DNA from: an uncultured Nitrososphaerales archaeon
Lineage (GTDB): Archaea; Thermoproteota; Nitrososphaeria; Nitrososphaerales; Nitrososphaeraceae
Assembly (NCBI GenBank): GCA_963709405.1
Contig: CAVPXM010000053.1
Coordinates: 64,001-128,000, forward strand
Length of the DNA: 64,000 bases
Direction of reading: 5' to 3'
Below the pieces are notes generated by a model that did not search any database, was not told the DNA's origin, and was given only the letters and a program-made list of their open reading frames with translations. The translations under genes were made by a program, and so were the position numbers. Shown piece after piece: positions 1 to 12,477 of this stretch; the stretch's first letter is position 1; every line of letters begins with the position of its first letter.

Positions 1-162
1 AAGAATTGGATTCTAGCTAGTATAGTGGCATTTGCAATTTCATATGTAGTTTCACTGATTGCACATGTTCCGTATGAACGAGCTATCGTGGCATCCGCTT
101 TGGCTGCTACATTGGTTTTTACTGGACTCTTCTTTAGATCTAAAGGGCGACGAGAAAAATGA
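1..162 (+). CDS. 3' end of a small membrane protein (truncated by window edge)
   Basis: Frame 1 open from base 1: KNWILASIVAFAISYVVSLIAHVPYERAIVASALAATLVFTGLFFRSKGRREK*, two hydrophobic segments and a basic tail. Confidence 0.55.
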   Translation, partial: KNWILASIVAFAISYVVSLIAHVPYERAIVASALAATLVFTGLFFRSKGRREK

Positions 163-686
163 AAAATTAGATGTCGATGAATTAGGATATCACAAGACTA
201 TGAACGAAAGAAGAAGCAAAGTACCACGTTCTTGTTTGTGCCCAACAGATTACCTAATCCTAATCTCGTTCAACCTTAGTGAGATCGTCAAATTCTTCAA
301 TTCTCTTCTTTTACGACCCTATTGCTTTTTCAATAATTCTGCTTTTCATATGAATAATGCGATTTAGGCTTTGACCGTTGGAGACAAATGCCCCTGATAA
401 TATGCTCAAATATTGGAGTTGGACTGAGTACCTTCATCAACAATCGAGTCAGAAAAATGGATTCAGCAAGGATATTTTCCCTGATTGAGATTGCAAGTAA
501 AATCTGCTTGTAGATTAGTTTCGATTGATTAGATTACTCGGATCACGATAGGTTGGAAGAGTTCCTCTGAGGTTTTGTCATACTAACATATTCTGTATGT
601 ACAATAGTAACTATTGTGTCTCTATCGGGTAATATATTTGCAATAAACTTGTGACCTTAATCATTGTACTATGACCCAATCAAGCG

Positions 687-1016
687 TCAATCATTACGGA
701 TGAGTTTCCTCCTAATAGTCCTTTTTTTGACGACCTTAGGTTTCACTGCATCTCTATCCGCGGCCGGTTTTTCTTTTACCACTAATTTTGACTCATTGAT
801 CTTATCCGCGGCAACTTTTAACTTATCGACGTTTTCCGGGTATGTTGTGCGTCTTAACTTGTCAATCGGTATCCCGCGCAACATCGCTATATGTAGATCC
901 TGTAGGCCTGCCTCATTAAGCTCCTTTAATGAGTACCCTCTTCCATTTCTGGTCGCAACTACACCATTATTTCTGAATTTAACTATTGGTTTTTCTATCT
1001 GCAATTTTGTCGGCAA
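687..1016 (-). CDS. rpl13e: 50S ribosomal protein L13e
   Basis: RNGRGYSLKELNEAGL and GIPIDKLRRT...ENV motifs of L13e; TTG start. Confidence 0.88.
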   Translation of the reverse strand: MPTKLQIEKPIVKFRNNGVVATRNGRGYSLKELNEAGLQDLHIAMLRGIPIDKLRRTTYPENVDKLKVAADKINESKLVVKEKPAADRDAVKPKVVKKRTIRRKLIRND

Positions 1017-1280
1017 TTTTACTTGATTTATTCCTGCACAATAATAAATATTTCTCGAATTTTGTTCGGCAAGTAATAAGATAGGTAGCTGATTTTATCA
1101 CCTCTCTGTTCTATGCCCATTGCAAGTTATTTTTCATAGTATGGTAGTAACCATCAATAATTCTACCAAGTGATTTATTTCGCATAAGTGGTAAGATAGA
1201 ATAAACCTTTGTCTACAGAATTCCTACTCGACGCCTGAATCATAAAATATATTTTTGTGGTTGCATTGTTGTTATGGACT

Positions 1281-1752
1281 TTATTTTATTATCAAAACTG
1301 GGCACGTCGAATAGGTTGCTACCCCTGTCGCGACACTACCTAGCAATAGTCTTTTAAATCCCGATAGTCCTCTTGTCCCCATTACAATCAAATCAACGTT
1401 CTCCTCCTCAGCATATTCTACAATTGTGGCCTCAACTGATAGTTGAGTATCAACTAATTCTGTTTTAAAGCTAACATGATTTGCTTCTGCTTCGTGGATG
1501 AACTTGTCAAACCATTCTTTGGTTTTCAATGCTCGTTTTTCTTTATCTTGTTCAGTATCATCAGGAGCCGGAGCAAGTCCGTAAGATGATAACGACTTAT
1601 GAAGGACTGTTATTGCTATTAGATCTGCGGAGTTGGATTTGGCTAATTCTATCGCATAGTGTGGCAGCATCCTTAGAAGATTCTGAACCATCGATCGCTA
1701 ATAATATCTTGGAGAACCCAATCCTTGTTCTATCTTTTGTATTCGTAGACAA
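1281..1752 (-). pseudogene. Universal stress protein (UspA family), frameshifted near 1662
   Basis: N-terminal FSKILLAIDGSESSKDAA lies in one frame; YAIELAK...DLIVMGTRGLSGFKRLLLGSVA...CPVLIIK lies in another. Confidence 0.8.
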
Positions 1753-2102
1753 ATTTGGCTTAAGTATGATCACACCGGTTCGAGTAATAAATACTGTTTG
1801 CAATGAACTTGTTATCTCATACAAGATGGAAACATAATCAAAATTAATGGATTCTGGTATCAGACTAAATGAGTTGAGCCAAATATATCGATATGCACGA
1901 TCTTCTTAGCATCATTACGCGATCTAGGTAACACGTTAAATTCTACTATAAATTAGTTCACGACACTGGTTAAAATACACCTAAGTATGTCTCAAAATCA
2001 TAAGACGAATATTGGTATACCTTTGACTCTATTCACCCAAATTTAATTTCTAACACACCATAATTATTTAATAGTACCTCTACTGAATCAAATGCCGATT
2101 GA

Positions 2103-2309
2103 ATGGGTAAAATCGGAAGAGGTGTAGATTGCGATGTTCAAGGCTGTGACGAAAAAGCAGAAAGATCCATGAGCGGAGCTAAAGCCGCTATGGCCACAAA
2201 TTTGACTGTCAGCTCTGGTAAGAGAGTGTATCTTTGTAGGACTCATTATAAAGAATGGAAAAAGGCGACAAAGGAAGATAGAGAAACCGAGAGGGCTCGA
2301 TGGGGATAA
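2103..2309 (+). CDS. Small putative zinc-binding protein
   Basis: 68 aa, C-x4-C...C-x2-H; clean ORF directly upstream of thrS, AT-rich TATA-like sequence upstream. Confidence 0.75.
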   Translation: MGKIGRGVDCDVQGCDEKAERSMSGAKAAMATNLTVSSGKRVYLCRTHYKEWKKATKEDRETERARWG

Positions 2310-2500
2310 CATCTCAGTGAGTAAGATTCCCAGTTTTTTTAGGCGGTCTAGTCTATTTCCAAAGAACGACTTCTATTTTATAAAGTAGATCCTCTAGAAA
2401 TAAAGATGTAAAAAGAGATGACACATACCGTTGTAAGCGTTGCTATGATATTCCAAAACCTTTAATCCTACTCGTCAGCATACATCTGTTCAACAAACAA

Positions 2501-4405
2501 ATGCGTCTACTCCAACTGCATTCTGATTTTATAGAATACGAGCCAATTGATAAAGAAATCGATGAAGCTGAAGAGATTACTTCAAAATCTAAGCAACGGA
2601 TCGAGGAACTTGTCGTGAATCTCATTAGTGTAGAACTTGGGGATGATAAAGAAATAGTGTCGGCAGCACTCGACGAGATATTTAATTATTTAGAAAGAGT
2701 GAAAAGCAAGAGGATATTGATTTATCCTTATTCTCATTTAAGCTCAAATCTTGCTCCTCCAAATATTGCATTTCAAATTTTAAAGTCTATAGAATCATCT
2801 GCAAAAAAATCTTTAGAAGTCTACAGGGCACCGTTTGGATGGACCAAATCTTTTAATGTCAAGGTCAAAGGACATCCCTTGGCTGAGAATTTCAGGGTAC
2901 TCAGCAAGCAGGAAGCGCCGATGCGCCCCAGTGGTAGTTCGAATGCTGATGGCTATGAAGATAAAGTTTCTTATGCCCTAGAGGCAGAAGAGAGACTAAC
3001 CTCTTCATGGTTTATTATGCAGCCAAACGGCATGTTGATTCCAATAAACGAGCACAAATTTTCTGATTATGAAGATAATCTCAGGATCCTTGCTAACTAC
3101 GAAATATTAAAGAGGAGATCTGTTGAGGAAGTACCTCCTCATGTGAGACTGATGAAAAAGATGGCTATTGCAGATTATGAACCCGCATCTGATGCAGGCA
3201 ACATGCGGTTCTATCCAAAAGGTAGACTCATGAAATCATTGATAGAACGATATGTTTCTGATCGTGTAATTGCTTACGGTGGGATAGAAATAGAGACGCC
3301 GATAATGTATGATTCCAAACATCCGTCTATGGAGAGCTATTTTAATAGATTCCCGGCTCGCCAATACAGTATCCTTTCTGACAACAATAGGCAATTTTTT
3401 TTAAGATTTGCCGCTTGCTTTGGTCAGTTTTTAATGGCTAAAGATTTCCAGTTATCGTATAAACATTTGCCTCTTAGACTGTACGAACTTAGTAGATATA
3501 GCTTTCGAAGAGAAAAGAGTGGAGAACTTGTGGGGTTACGCCGTCTAAGGGCATTTACCATGCCTGATTGCCATGCATTCTGTAAAGATATGAGCCAAGC
3601 AAAGGAAGAATTGCTGAGGAGGATTCAGTTATCGCTCGATGTAATAAATGGCTTAGGTCTATCAACTAGCGGAGATCTTGAAATGGCAATACGCTTCACT
3701 GAAGGATTTTACAATGATAACAAGGATTTCGTAAGGGAGTTGGTGAATAAATTTGGTAGATCCGTCCTAATTGAAATGTGGCGAGATCGCTTTTTCTACT
3801 TTACATTAAAATGGGAATTTAACTTCGTCGACAATTTGGGTAAAGCCTCTGCGCTTTCTACAGATCAGATTGATGTTGAGAATGGAGAGCGTTATGATAT
3901 AAAATTTGTAGACGAGGACGGCAGGGTAAAATATCCCATCATCTTACATAACTCACCAAGCGGTGCTGTGGAACGCGTAATATATGCATTATTAGAGAAA
4001 GTAGCTAAATTGGCAAAAATGGGCCACAAGTCTACGCTTCCATTATGGCTTATTCATACTCAGGTTCGAATTATTCCCGTTGCGAAGCAGCATATGAACT
4101 TTTGTGAGGAGATGCTTGAATACCTCTCTGACATGAGAATTAGAGCAGATTTAGATGATCGAGAAGAATCTGTTTCCAAGAAGATCAGGGAATCTGAAAC
4201 AGAGTGGATAAGATATACTCTGGTAGTTGGCGACAAGGAAATCGAGGAACGGAAATTTATGGTTCGTGACAGAGTCCAAGGAAAGCAACGAACTGTCATA
4301 TTGAAAGATTTGGTTGATGAGATACATTCTGAAACAGGGGACAAGCCCTACCAACAACTGAATCTGCCTAGTCATCTTTCAAAGAGACCGCAAATAATGG
4401 TCTGA
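2501..4405 (+). CDS. thrS: Threonine--tRNA ligase (archaeal type)
   Basis: MRLLQLHSDFIEYEP archaeal editing domain, YPYSHLS, LRFAACFG, GLRRLRAFTMPDCH, C-terminal anticodon-binding domain. Confidence 0.97.
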   Translation: MRLLQLHSDFIEYEPIDKEIDEAEEITSKSKQRIEELVVNLISVELGDDKEIVSAALDEIFNYLERVKSKRILIYPYSHLSSNLAPPNIAFQILKSIESSAKKSLEVYRAPFGWTKSFNVKVKGHPLAENFRVLSKQEAPMRPSGSSNADGYEDKVSYALEAEERLTSSWFIMQPNGMLIPINEHKFSDYEDNLRILANYEILKRRSVEEVPPHVRLMKKMAIADYEPASDAGNMRFYPKGRLMKSLIERYVSDRVIAYGGIEIETPIMYDSKHPSMESYFNRFPARQYSILSDNNRQFFLRFAACFGQFLMAKDFQLSYKHLPLRLYELSRYSFRREKSGELVGLRRLRAFTMPDCHAFCKDMSQAKEELLRRIQLSLDVINGLGLSTSGDLEMAIRFTEGFYNDNKDFVRELVNKFGRSVLIEMWRDRFFYFTLKWEFNFVDNLGKASALSTDQIDVENGERYDIKFVDEDGRVKYPIILHNSPSGAVERVIYALLEKVAKLAKMGHKSTLPLWLIHTQVRIIPVAKQHMNFCEEMLEYLSDMRIRADLDDREESVSKKIRESETEWIRYTLVVGDKEIEERKFMVRDRVQGKQRTVILKDLVDEIHSETGDKPYQQLNLPSHLSKRPQIMV

Positions 4406-5372
4406 ATTTATACATCATGAAAAGCTCAATCAACATAGTTGCCAGTCCGTAATTTACATTGGAGGTTTGCATCAAGGATATCACGTAGGAGTTCTAATAT
4501 CCAAATATAATATTCACTAGATTAAGCCATAAGTTTCATATCATATTTGAAGAGTTTGATCATCTTTAATTATTGCTTGCCATTTCTGAGAGCAATGATC
4601 CATATTAACCTGGTAACAAATGAATGAATGGTACCTAGTAAGGTAACTTGAAATTACCAAGACAATCTAGAATCACAATACGCCATATTTAGTTCCTATT
4701 GAATACAATTAAAATTAAATCTTGTTTATCAAATAAATCATGCAATCTTTTTAGGAATCAACAATACTATTATTTAAATCCAATCCATACGACATGGTTT
4801 AAACAGATGAGAGAAGCCTACATGCGGTCTAGTCAAAATATATGGGCAGACTGATTCTAAGTTGCGCTATAAAAATAATCACAGTAATTAGCGTGCCAGG
4901 AAGGCTTGTGCTTAAACGAATGACACATAATCTATAACGTAACTGATTCCATGATCTCTGAACAATGACCAGTACAACGTTCATTTCATAAATTTTAACT
5001 TAACCTCATGTGATCAATCACTGCTCGATTCCATGCTGGAAATCAGAAACGATACTAAATACTAAACCTGTGTGCAAGTTAAGACGCATACATATGATCT
5101 AGAGATATGAAGCACATACAAAAATCATCAGCCAAGTAATTATATAATGGGTACATAATACCTACCGACTTACAATTACTGATGTCGGTTCTACGCGTTA
5201 AGATTCCGCAGGGTAAATCTCACGGTTAGAGCTAGATGACAAATTATATTTTAAAAGAGCCGAAGACATCATGTTAAAAAAATGAATTAACGAAAATATA
5301 GACAACAAGGACAACAATATGCTTTTGTATTTTAGAAAACATTTAACCCGCTTATGATTCAATAGTAATATA

Positions 5373-5600
5373 ATGTCTAACCACTTGAGAGTAATTACAT
5401 TTCTGATTACCCTATCACTACTTTGGGGATCAAGTTTTCTGGCAATAAAGCAAGTGATCAGCAATATTCCCCCCTTTTGCTTTTGGAATCAGATTCGCAA
5501 TCTCGGGCGCTGCTTTCATTTAGTATTTTTTCCACTGACCTAAGAATAAAAGGCATAATTCGATTGGTACGTGGCAATGGAGAGATGATCAATAGCTGAT
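5373..5600 (+). pseudogene. EamA/DMT transporter N-terminal remnant
   Basis: MSNHLRVITFLITLSLLWGSSFLAIKQVISNIPPF then, after a frameshift, FGIRFAISGA: EamA WG...AIK...PP...RF signature; truncated; end approximate. Confidence 0.6.
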
Positions 5601-6204
5601 ATATTCATAACCCCTTCACTGTTAGGTTTGAACTTGGATATTCGTAGCCGTTACCCAGAAAATGAACGTTAGCTACGAGATGGTTAATCAAAGATTATAA
5701 ACTCGATTTGACGTATGACCCGTACATATAGATACACATTGTCGAATGCACGGCCAATAATATCGACTAGAAATCGGAGCATATGTCTAATTTTATTGCG
5801 GATGACCAGTATGATAGAGATCACTCAACAACGCAATAGAATGCTCAAATAATAATAATTATATTAGTTTCAGTCGTTTCCAAGCATATCGTAATACCTT
5901 CAGGCAAGTTGGGGATTAGTGAAGCCCCATGTTTATGACCACAATACCCTATCGTCCGTTTGTGTCATTATTTAAAGCCAAACTGGATTTCGCATATCCA
6001 TAATTACATGATGAGAAAAAACAAGGACGGTAGTTCCATTTATTATACTGCAGTCGCTCCTTTGCATACCTGGACGTTAGATAGTACATAATCATCTGTG
6101 GATTTGGTTTATCAATATTGGAATAGAGTTGTAGCTTGTAAAATTGAGGTAATTTGAGATTATATGCGTCGTCCTGTTGCTTCAGTCCAAAACGCAGACC
6201 TACG

Positions 6205-6540
6205 TTAGCTCCTCATGTGATACTTTTCAATGGCTACAGTCCCTTCTTTATATGTAATGGTTATGACATCACCCACCTTATACGGACATTTTGCAATTGA
6301 ACGGGGTTCATGATCCGATGACTCAACTATGCATGTTCCTTGATCATCCTTAATGACGACCCGGGCATTATCGGTAACTTCCCTCCTAAATAGATCCTTC
6401 AACGGGAATCCAAATAGAACTTGAACGCCGAAAACTGCCCCTATAATAACCAAAATAGCAAGGGGAGCCATTTTCTTGCCAGACATTTTGGAGAAGAGAG
6501 ACGAACCTGTGTCGGATTCAGAATCGAAATCGTATCCCAT
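6205..6540 (-). CDS. Hypothetical membrane-anchored protein
   Basis: 111 aa, one TM segment followed by a small beta-rich domain with two Cys. Confidence 0.7.
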   Translation of the reverse strand: MGYDFDSESDTGSSLFSKMSGKKMAPLAILVIIGAVFGVQVLFGFPLKDLFRREVTDNARVVIKDDQGTCIVESSDHEPRSIAKCPYKVGDVITITYKEGTVAIEKYHMRS

Positions 6541-7207
6541 TAACTATGCACAGCATTTAATACATCACTATGCAATTTAAAAATATATCATTGCAAAGCC
6601 GTGTTTTAAATTAAGCTAGAGAAGTGTTTGGAGTTTGATTTACTGCTGGACACATGACCTTGAACAAAGAAATACATTCCACACATTGAGTTCAATGCCA
6701 TAACTTCAATCTTACCAGGATATGCCAATACAGAATTCCTCTCTGACCCTTTAAATAAGTAAAGCAACGAGTGTTAATGCTAATTCTATACCATAGGCAC
6801 TGGCATATGCCACAGAGTTTATACTTGTCTAGTATGGCAGAATGTTCTAGACCGAATTGTTACACTTAAGTTGACAAGTATTACCACGAAGCTACTATCA
6901 TTTACTATCCATCTGCCAAAATGCAAAGTTGGAATCCTTCACGTGAATTCCGAATCGCTCGTGATTTCATGATAATATCTTTATCTCCACAGAGTAGATT
7001 ATGTTTCCAATGTATTATCATTCAAATGAAATTGTCATAAGTAGTAGATAGAATTACTTGATCGACTGTTCTAAAGCCAACACCATAAATTTATCCTAAA
7101 ATTGATTATGATTATTTACTTTAGTGGTTCCATCTTTCAATAGAATTCATACAATAGTCAAAGTTAAGAGTGTGGTCTCAATAAACTCTAGTATTTAGAT
7201 ATAGATC

Positions 7208-7828
7208 ATGGCCCATGGACCAATAGACGAAAACAGGAAGTCTCTCGAAGAATACGGAACAAGGGTAAAATCGCTTAAGAAAACGGCCGTGACAGGTATT
7301 ATATTAATCTTGACTGTGGGTGCTCTCACCCTTTTCTTAGAAGGCCTAATTCCTGAAACTTATCTGAGATACGTAAAGATTGTAGAGGTGGGTATTATCG
7401 GATATTTCTTCATAGAGGTTGTAAGTGAAGCAATTTATAGGGTAACCCGCGATTACTTTCAAGCAAATGCAAGTGGCATAAAGGCTTTCGTGAGAATCAC
7501 TACTGCGATCATATTTGCAGCCATTATCCTCTCATATCTTAGCAGTGATCCGTTCTTGGCGGCGTCTATCACTACTGTAGCAGGCTTGGTACTTGCCTTT
7601 GCCTCGCAGACAGTTATGGGTAATATGATAGCAGGGTTATATCTATCACTTACGCGACCATTCAAGATCGGGGATAGAATAACAGTCTTTGGAAACACTG
7701 GGACTATCTTTGAAATAGGACTGCTATATACCCGGTTGATATCTGAGCACGGAGATACCATTTTGGCGCCAAGTTCTGCACTAGTGAATTCAGCCATAGT
7801 ATTGCATCATGATCAAGATAGGACTTGA
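7208..7828 (+). CDS. Small-conductance mechanosensitive channel (MscS family)
   Basis: TM helices followed by LAFASQTVMGNMIAG...RPFKIGDRI...GTIFEIGLLYTR. Confidence 0.88.
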   Translation: MAHGPIDENRKSLEEYGTRVKSLKKTAVTGIILILTVGALTLFLEGLIPETYLRYVKIVEVGIIGYFFIEVVSEAIYRVTRDYFQANASGIKAFVRITTAIIFAAIILSYLSSDPFLAASITTVAGLVLAFASQTVMGNMIAGLYLSLTRPFKIGDRITVFGNTGTIFEIGLLYTRLISEHGDTILAPSSALVNSAIVLHHDQDRT

Positions 7829-7952
7829 GTAAGGAACTCATTTTTGTTGTTGTATCTGCCGTAAAATGGTCTTCTCACAATAATCACAAAATATTGATTA
7901 TTAGCATGATATTCGTTAGGTATAAAGCACGTATAATTAATAATATTATTTA

Positions 7953-8585
7953 ATGTCAATAGAGAGGAGAGATAAACACTCGAGTGCATCTATTAATATA
8001 TCATTCGCGATAGTCATTGTTGCTTCTTTACTTGTCGCAACTCTGGCAATAGTTGTAACAAACTCCATAAAAGATATGATGGTTTTCGCCCAGCCCGGAT
8101 ACCCTTCTGAGGGAGGCAAATATAAATTTGGCACTATCTCAAGCGTACAGCTTGATAAGAATGGCAAGCCAGAATGGATACTGTCTGGTCATTGGAAATC
8201 AAATTTATTGAATGCGTTGTCGAGGTCCACAAGTGGACAGGGCAACACATCTTTTACTCCTGTATTCGATGCGTCAATTAGAATGGTAATGGTAAATGGG
8301 TCTGGATTGCATTCACATACAATGACGAACTTCAACCTAACAAAAATATCTTCGCCGGACAAAAATACAAAGCAATTCAATGGTACAGTTACCGCCAGTA
8401 TGAGAAATGGCCCTATTACTGATATTCCGGTGAGCATAAAATTCGTTGGAAATGACGTTATAAGCATATGGCTCGACCCTATGAAGATCAAAAACCACTA
8501 TGGAAGCACTCCTATTTTTGGTTTTGAGGTAAACCCTGATAGGCCCATGCTACCACAGGGGGCATCAACTAAGCCTCCCACTTAA
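7953..8585 (+). CDS. Secreted/membrane-anchored hypothetical protein
   Basis: N-terminal TM/signal; GTISSVQ...WILSGHW...HSHTM...NHYGSTPIFG. Confidence 0.75.
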   Translation: MSIERRDKHSSASINISFAIVIVASLLVATLAIVVTNSIKDMMVFAQPGYPSEGGKYKFGTISSVQLDKNGKPEWILSGHWKSNLLNALSRSTSGQGNTSFTPVFDASIRMVMVNGSGLHSHTMTNFNLTKISSPDKNTKQFNGTVTASMRNGPITDIPVSIKFVGNDVISIWLDPMKIKNHYGSTPIFGFEVNPDRPMLPQGASTKPPT

Positions 8586-9054
8586 GTAGATCATCACTAT
8601 CTTTTTCTGTCATTGCTTTGATCACGACATAAGAACAACCCTAGACACACTAGTAGATATGACAATAGGTTCGAATTCAGCTTGTCACTTTGTACCTGAA
8701 TTTTGACAACAAGGTGGTTCTTACAAACATTCAATCTGTCTGGATATAGGTCTTGTAATTCAGATTGCAGAGGGTGAATTGATAAGTCAGTATATGGTAC
8801 ATCCATACCTGATGGAGCGAGTCAATGGGGTACATATTCCATCAAAGCAAGGTTGGGCTACCTAGAAAGACATTATACCTACACGATGACTCGTATTGAG
8901 CTAACTTGATAAATTTGAATTACAATAACTACACCATTTTATGCCTCATCATATCTAAACGATGGGTTTTACAGAACTAAATGAACCTATATTCGATTCA
9001 AAACCCTCGACAGATAGTTAATTTTTTATATACGTAAGAGTTCAATCCCAATTC

Positions 9055-10059
9055 ATGCTAAACGATCAAAAGCAAAGCCCTTGTAATAATGGTTTTTGTA
9101 TCTATCTGTGCGGTTCAATTCTAATTAGCTTACTGGCAATGAGCGCCATGATTTCACCTCATCCGCTATACTCTGCAGGATCAGAGCAGTACTCATTTGT
9201 TGGAAAATGGGGATCAAAAGGTGTAGGCCACGGAATGTTCTCGCAGCCAACAGGCATAGCTACAGATTCGATTGGGAATGTATATGTAGGAGACTTCACT
9301 GGAGTTAGTGGCAAAATACAAAAATTTACTAGTAATGGCACCTTCATTACCTCCTGGGGAAATCTAGGGTTTGGTCCTGGCACATTTACGAATCCAACTC
9401 AGATTTCAGTAGATTCTCACAATAACATATATGTAGCTGATTTGGGTAATGCCGAGACAGCAGTTCAAAAATTTACTAGTAATGGCACCTTCATTACTTC
9501 TTGGGGTTCGACGGGATTAGCCGATGGACAATTTATAAACCCAAGCGGAATAGCAGTTGATTCCAAAGGCTATGTTTATGTGGCCGATTATGGAGAAAAT
9601 AACCGAATACAAAAGTTTGATAGCAATGGGAACTTTATTACTAAATGGGGGTCTACAGGTACCGGTGATGGACAATTCATAAATCCTGCAGATATTGCTG
9701 TAGACAAGGCAAACAATGTCTATGTAGTAGATAGGGGTAATGATCGTGTCCAAAAGTTTGATAGCAATGGGAACTTTATTACTAAATGGGGGTCTACAGG
9801 TACCGGTGATGGACAATTCCAAAGTCCCATAGGAATTAGTGAAGATCCCTCTGGGAATATTTATGTAGTTGACTTTGGTAATGATCGTGTCCAAAAATTC
9901 GATAGCAATGGGAACTTTATTACTAAATGGGGGTCTACAGGTACCGGTGATGGACAATTCCAAAGTCCAGTAGGAATAGATGTCAATTCTAAGGGAGTTA
10001 TTTATGTTACTGACTCCGGGAACAGCAGGGTACAGCTTTTTTCTCTTACTCCTAAATAG
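9055..10059 (+). CDS. NHL-repeat six-bladed beta-propeller protein, secreted
   Basis: Six repeats of F..P.GIAVD..G.VYV.D..N.R.QKF; signal-like N-terminus. Confidence 0.93.
   Translation: MLNDQKQSPCNNGFCIYLCGSILISLLAMSAMISPHPLYSAGSEQYSFVGKWGSKGVGHGMFSQPTGIATDSIGNVYVGDFTGVSGKIQKFTSNGTFITSWGNLGFGPGTFTNPTQISVDSHNNIYVADLGNAETAVQKFTSNGTFITSWGSTGLADGQFINPSGIAVDSKGYVYVADYGENNRIQKFDSNGNFITKWGSTGTGDGQFINPADIAVDKANNVYVVDRGNDRVQKFDSNGNFITKWGSTGTGDGQFQSPIGISEDPSGNIYVVDFGNDRVQKFDSNGNFITKWGSTGTGDGQFQSPVGIDVNSKGVIYVTDSGNSRVQLFSLTPK
9610..9969 (+). repeat. Three near-identical 141-bp-period intragenic repeats (NHL blades)
   Basis: caaaa(g/a)tt(t/c)gatagcaatgggaactttattactaaatgggggtctacaggtaccggtgatggacaattc at 9610, 9751 and 9892. 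Confidence 0.9.
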
Positions 10060-10319
10060 TTTCGGTAGAATTGACTGCTAGTACTATCAGGCTTGGCAGC
10101 CCAGTAATCTAAAGTGTTCTCTGCAAACAAACGGTCACCATATCTGTATTTTTCTAGTCGTGCGCTATTTTATTTTGGCACTTGCTCCAAACTTGTTGTT
10201 GCCAGATAAGGACGTCTTTGTGTAGTTGACTCAACAATTTGAAGATTTCCAGCAAAAATGAAAGCAGATATTAAGATGCGTTTAATAATAAATGCTTGGT
10301 AAACTAAAATGAGTAAAAA

Positions 10320-11655
10320 ATGAAGAGAAGATTCTCATCGTCATTCCTGTTACTTAGTGTTACTCTCCTGTGGTGTATTGTTTCAAATATCAATCTTCGC
10401 GTTGACTATCAGTCAATATATGCGCAGGGAAATGTTATAAATACCACGAATAATGTGCCGTCAAGACAACTAGAAATACCCGGTTCCTTATTTTCACATA
10501 ATGCCGGAACACCAATTCTTAACGACTCAAATTTGAAAGCAGAAAGAGTCGTTAGTGGATTAAGTCTTCCAACCACGATGGCCTTTGTAGGAAATAATGA
10601 TATCTTGGTATTAGAAAAGGCGAAAGGTACTGTAGAAAGAGTTCTAAATGGTAAGGTATTGAGCAACCCTGTTCTAAAGGTGAACGTTGAATCAGAAGTA
10701 GAGAGAGGTATGCTCGGTATTGCTGTCGCAAAGAGTAAGAGTCGGCCTCACATATGTTTTCTTGTATTTTACTGAAAAGACCAGTCCATCAATCAGTCAT
10801 AACGATACTAGCACTTCTTTTTCGAATCGTGTGTATAAGTATGAGTTTGTTGATGGGAGGCTTATTAATCCGAAGCTCATTTTGGATTTACCAGCTACTC
10901 CAGGACCAAGACATAACGCAGGCTCTATAATAATTGGTCCAGATAATAACCTGTATGTTCCGATTGGAGATGTGGATGGTCATAGTAGTCAGGCACAGAA
11001 CGTAGCTGACGGAGGACCACCTGACGGAACAGGTGGAATACTTAGAGTTACTCAAGATGGTAAACAGGTAGGTAATGGGATCATTGGAACAACTAATCCT
11101 ACAAACAAATATTATGCTTATGGAATACGAAATACCTTTGGTCTTGATTTTGATCCTTTGACCAAAAAATTATGGGATACAGAAAATGGTGCAGGTTCAA
11201 ACGATGAAATTAATATTGTGGAACCAGGATTCAATAGTGGCTGGGTACAGGTAATGGGAAAAGCGCCTGCGGATTTCGATTACTCTCAATTAGTTACGTT
11301 TGGTGGTAAGGGGAAATATCATGATCCAGAATTTTCTTGGCACGATACAACAGGTCCGACCAAGATCCTGTTCTTAAACACATCAAAATTAGGAATAAAG
11401 TACCAGAATGATGTCTTCGTATCAGATATTCATCATGGAAGAATATTTCATTTTAAGTTGGATGCAAATAGAAGTAGTTTAGCTCTGCAAGGTCCGCTTG
11501 CGGATAGAGTAGCTGACACGGGTAACGAAACAAGTGCAATGATATTCGGATCAAATTTTGGAGGTATTTCAGATATGAAAGTTAGTCCTGATGGCTACCT
11601 GTACGTAGTTTCACTTGGCCGTGGGACAATCTATAAAATAAGCCCCAGATTGTGA
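10320..11655 (+). pseudogene. PQQ-dependent glucose/sorbosone dehydrogenase family protein, split by a frameshift near 10740
   Basis: GLSLPTTMAF...ERGMLGIAV in ORF 10320-10775 continues as YVFLYFTE...HNAG...YAYGIRN.FG.DFDP...DEIN in ORF 10720-11655. Confidence 0.82.
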
Positions 11656-12477
11656 ATCAGAAGCACGTCAGATTCACCCCTGCTCGCTCTTACGGGAGCT
11701 GCTTGAATCCAAATATCTGCATAAATCTCTCCTTTCTATGCTGTAGTTCTTAATTTTTATGAAATAATCCCCTCTAGAACAAAGCGAACATCTGCCTGAA
11801 TGATTTGACTCCTCTGCTTCTAGTCATCCTATGGCATTCTACTATGCCACATTGTATGATAAGATCTGGCATCTATCCCGAAGTTGATGTAGTACACATC
11901 ATGTCTGAGAACCACTGAGGTTACCAGTATAGGGATAGGACACACAAGTAATGATCTTGATCAGGGTTTCTGTTCTATAATGATAGATATAGATTGATAC
12001 TATCTACCATCTGATAGACCTTTTTGAAGCCATGCTTTCAGTACGGAACGTCTTGGACACAATAAAATAGCACATATGACGGAAAACATATCAGCTAACG
12101 CTTGTGAGAAAGAAGAGGAGGAATACAGTATCACCTTATTCCTGAACAACAGTTTTTAACGCTTAGAAAGTCATCTTCAATAAGACTTGTAATAGCCGTC
12201 ATATAAGATATCACGATGAGGACATGTCAGAGAAGTTTCTGAATCTGATATTCAAGGTCGTATAAGGGATACCTTATATAAGTGACAAGAGAAGTAGGAT
12301 GGTATATTCTAAGCCATAGATTATTTATAAGGTATGTCAAACATAATGTCGGTACAAGCTAAATGTGGCTCACGGCCCAGCACCGTTCACCAACATCAAA
12401 GTTAGACAATAGCTCGTAATAACTAGAACCGTAGTAGATTTATAGATGAGCACCATTACGACAATTGTAGAAAGAAT

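Noticed and set aside
664-1026. Antisense ORFs in the track (e.g. 664-1026, 4060-4344, 9517-9963, 41255-41608, 54425-56608 region)
   Set aside because: Shadow frames of recognisable genes on the opposite strand
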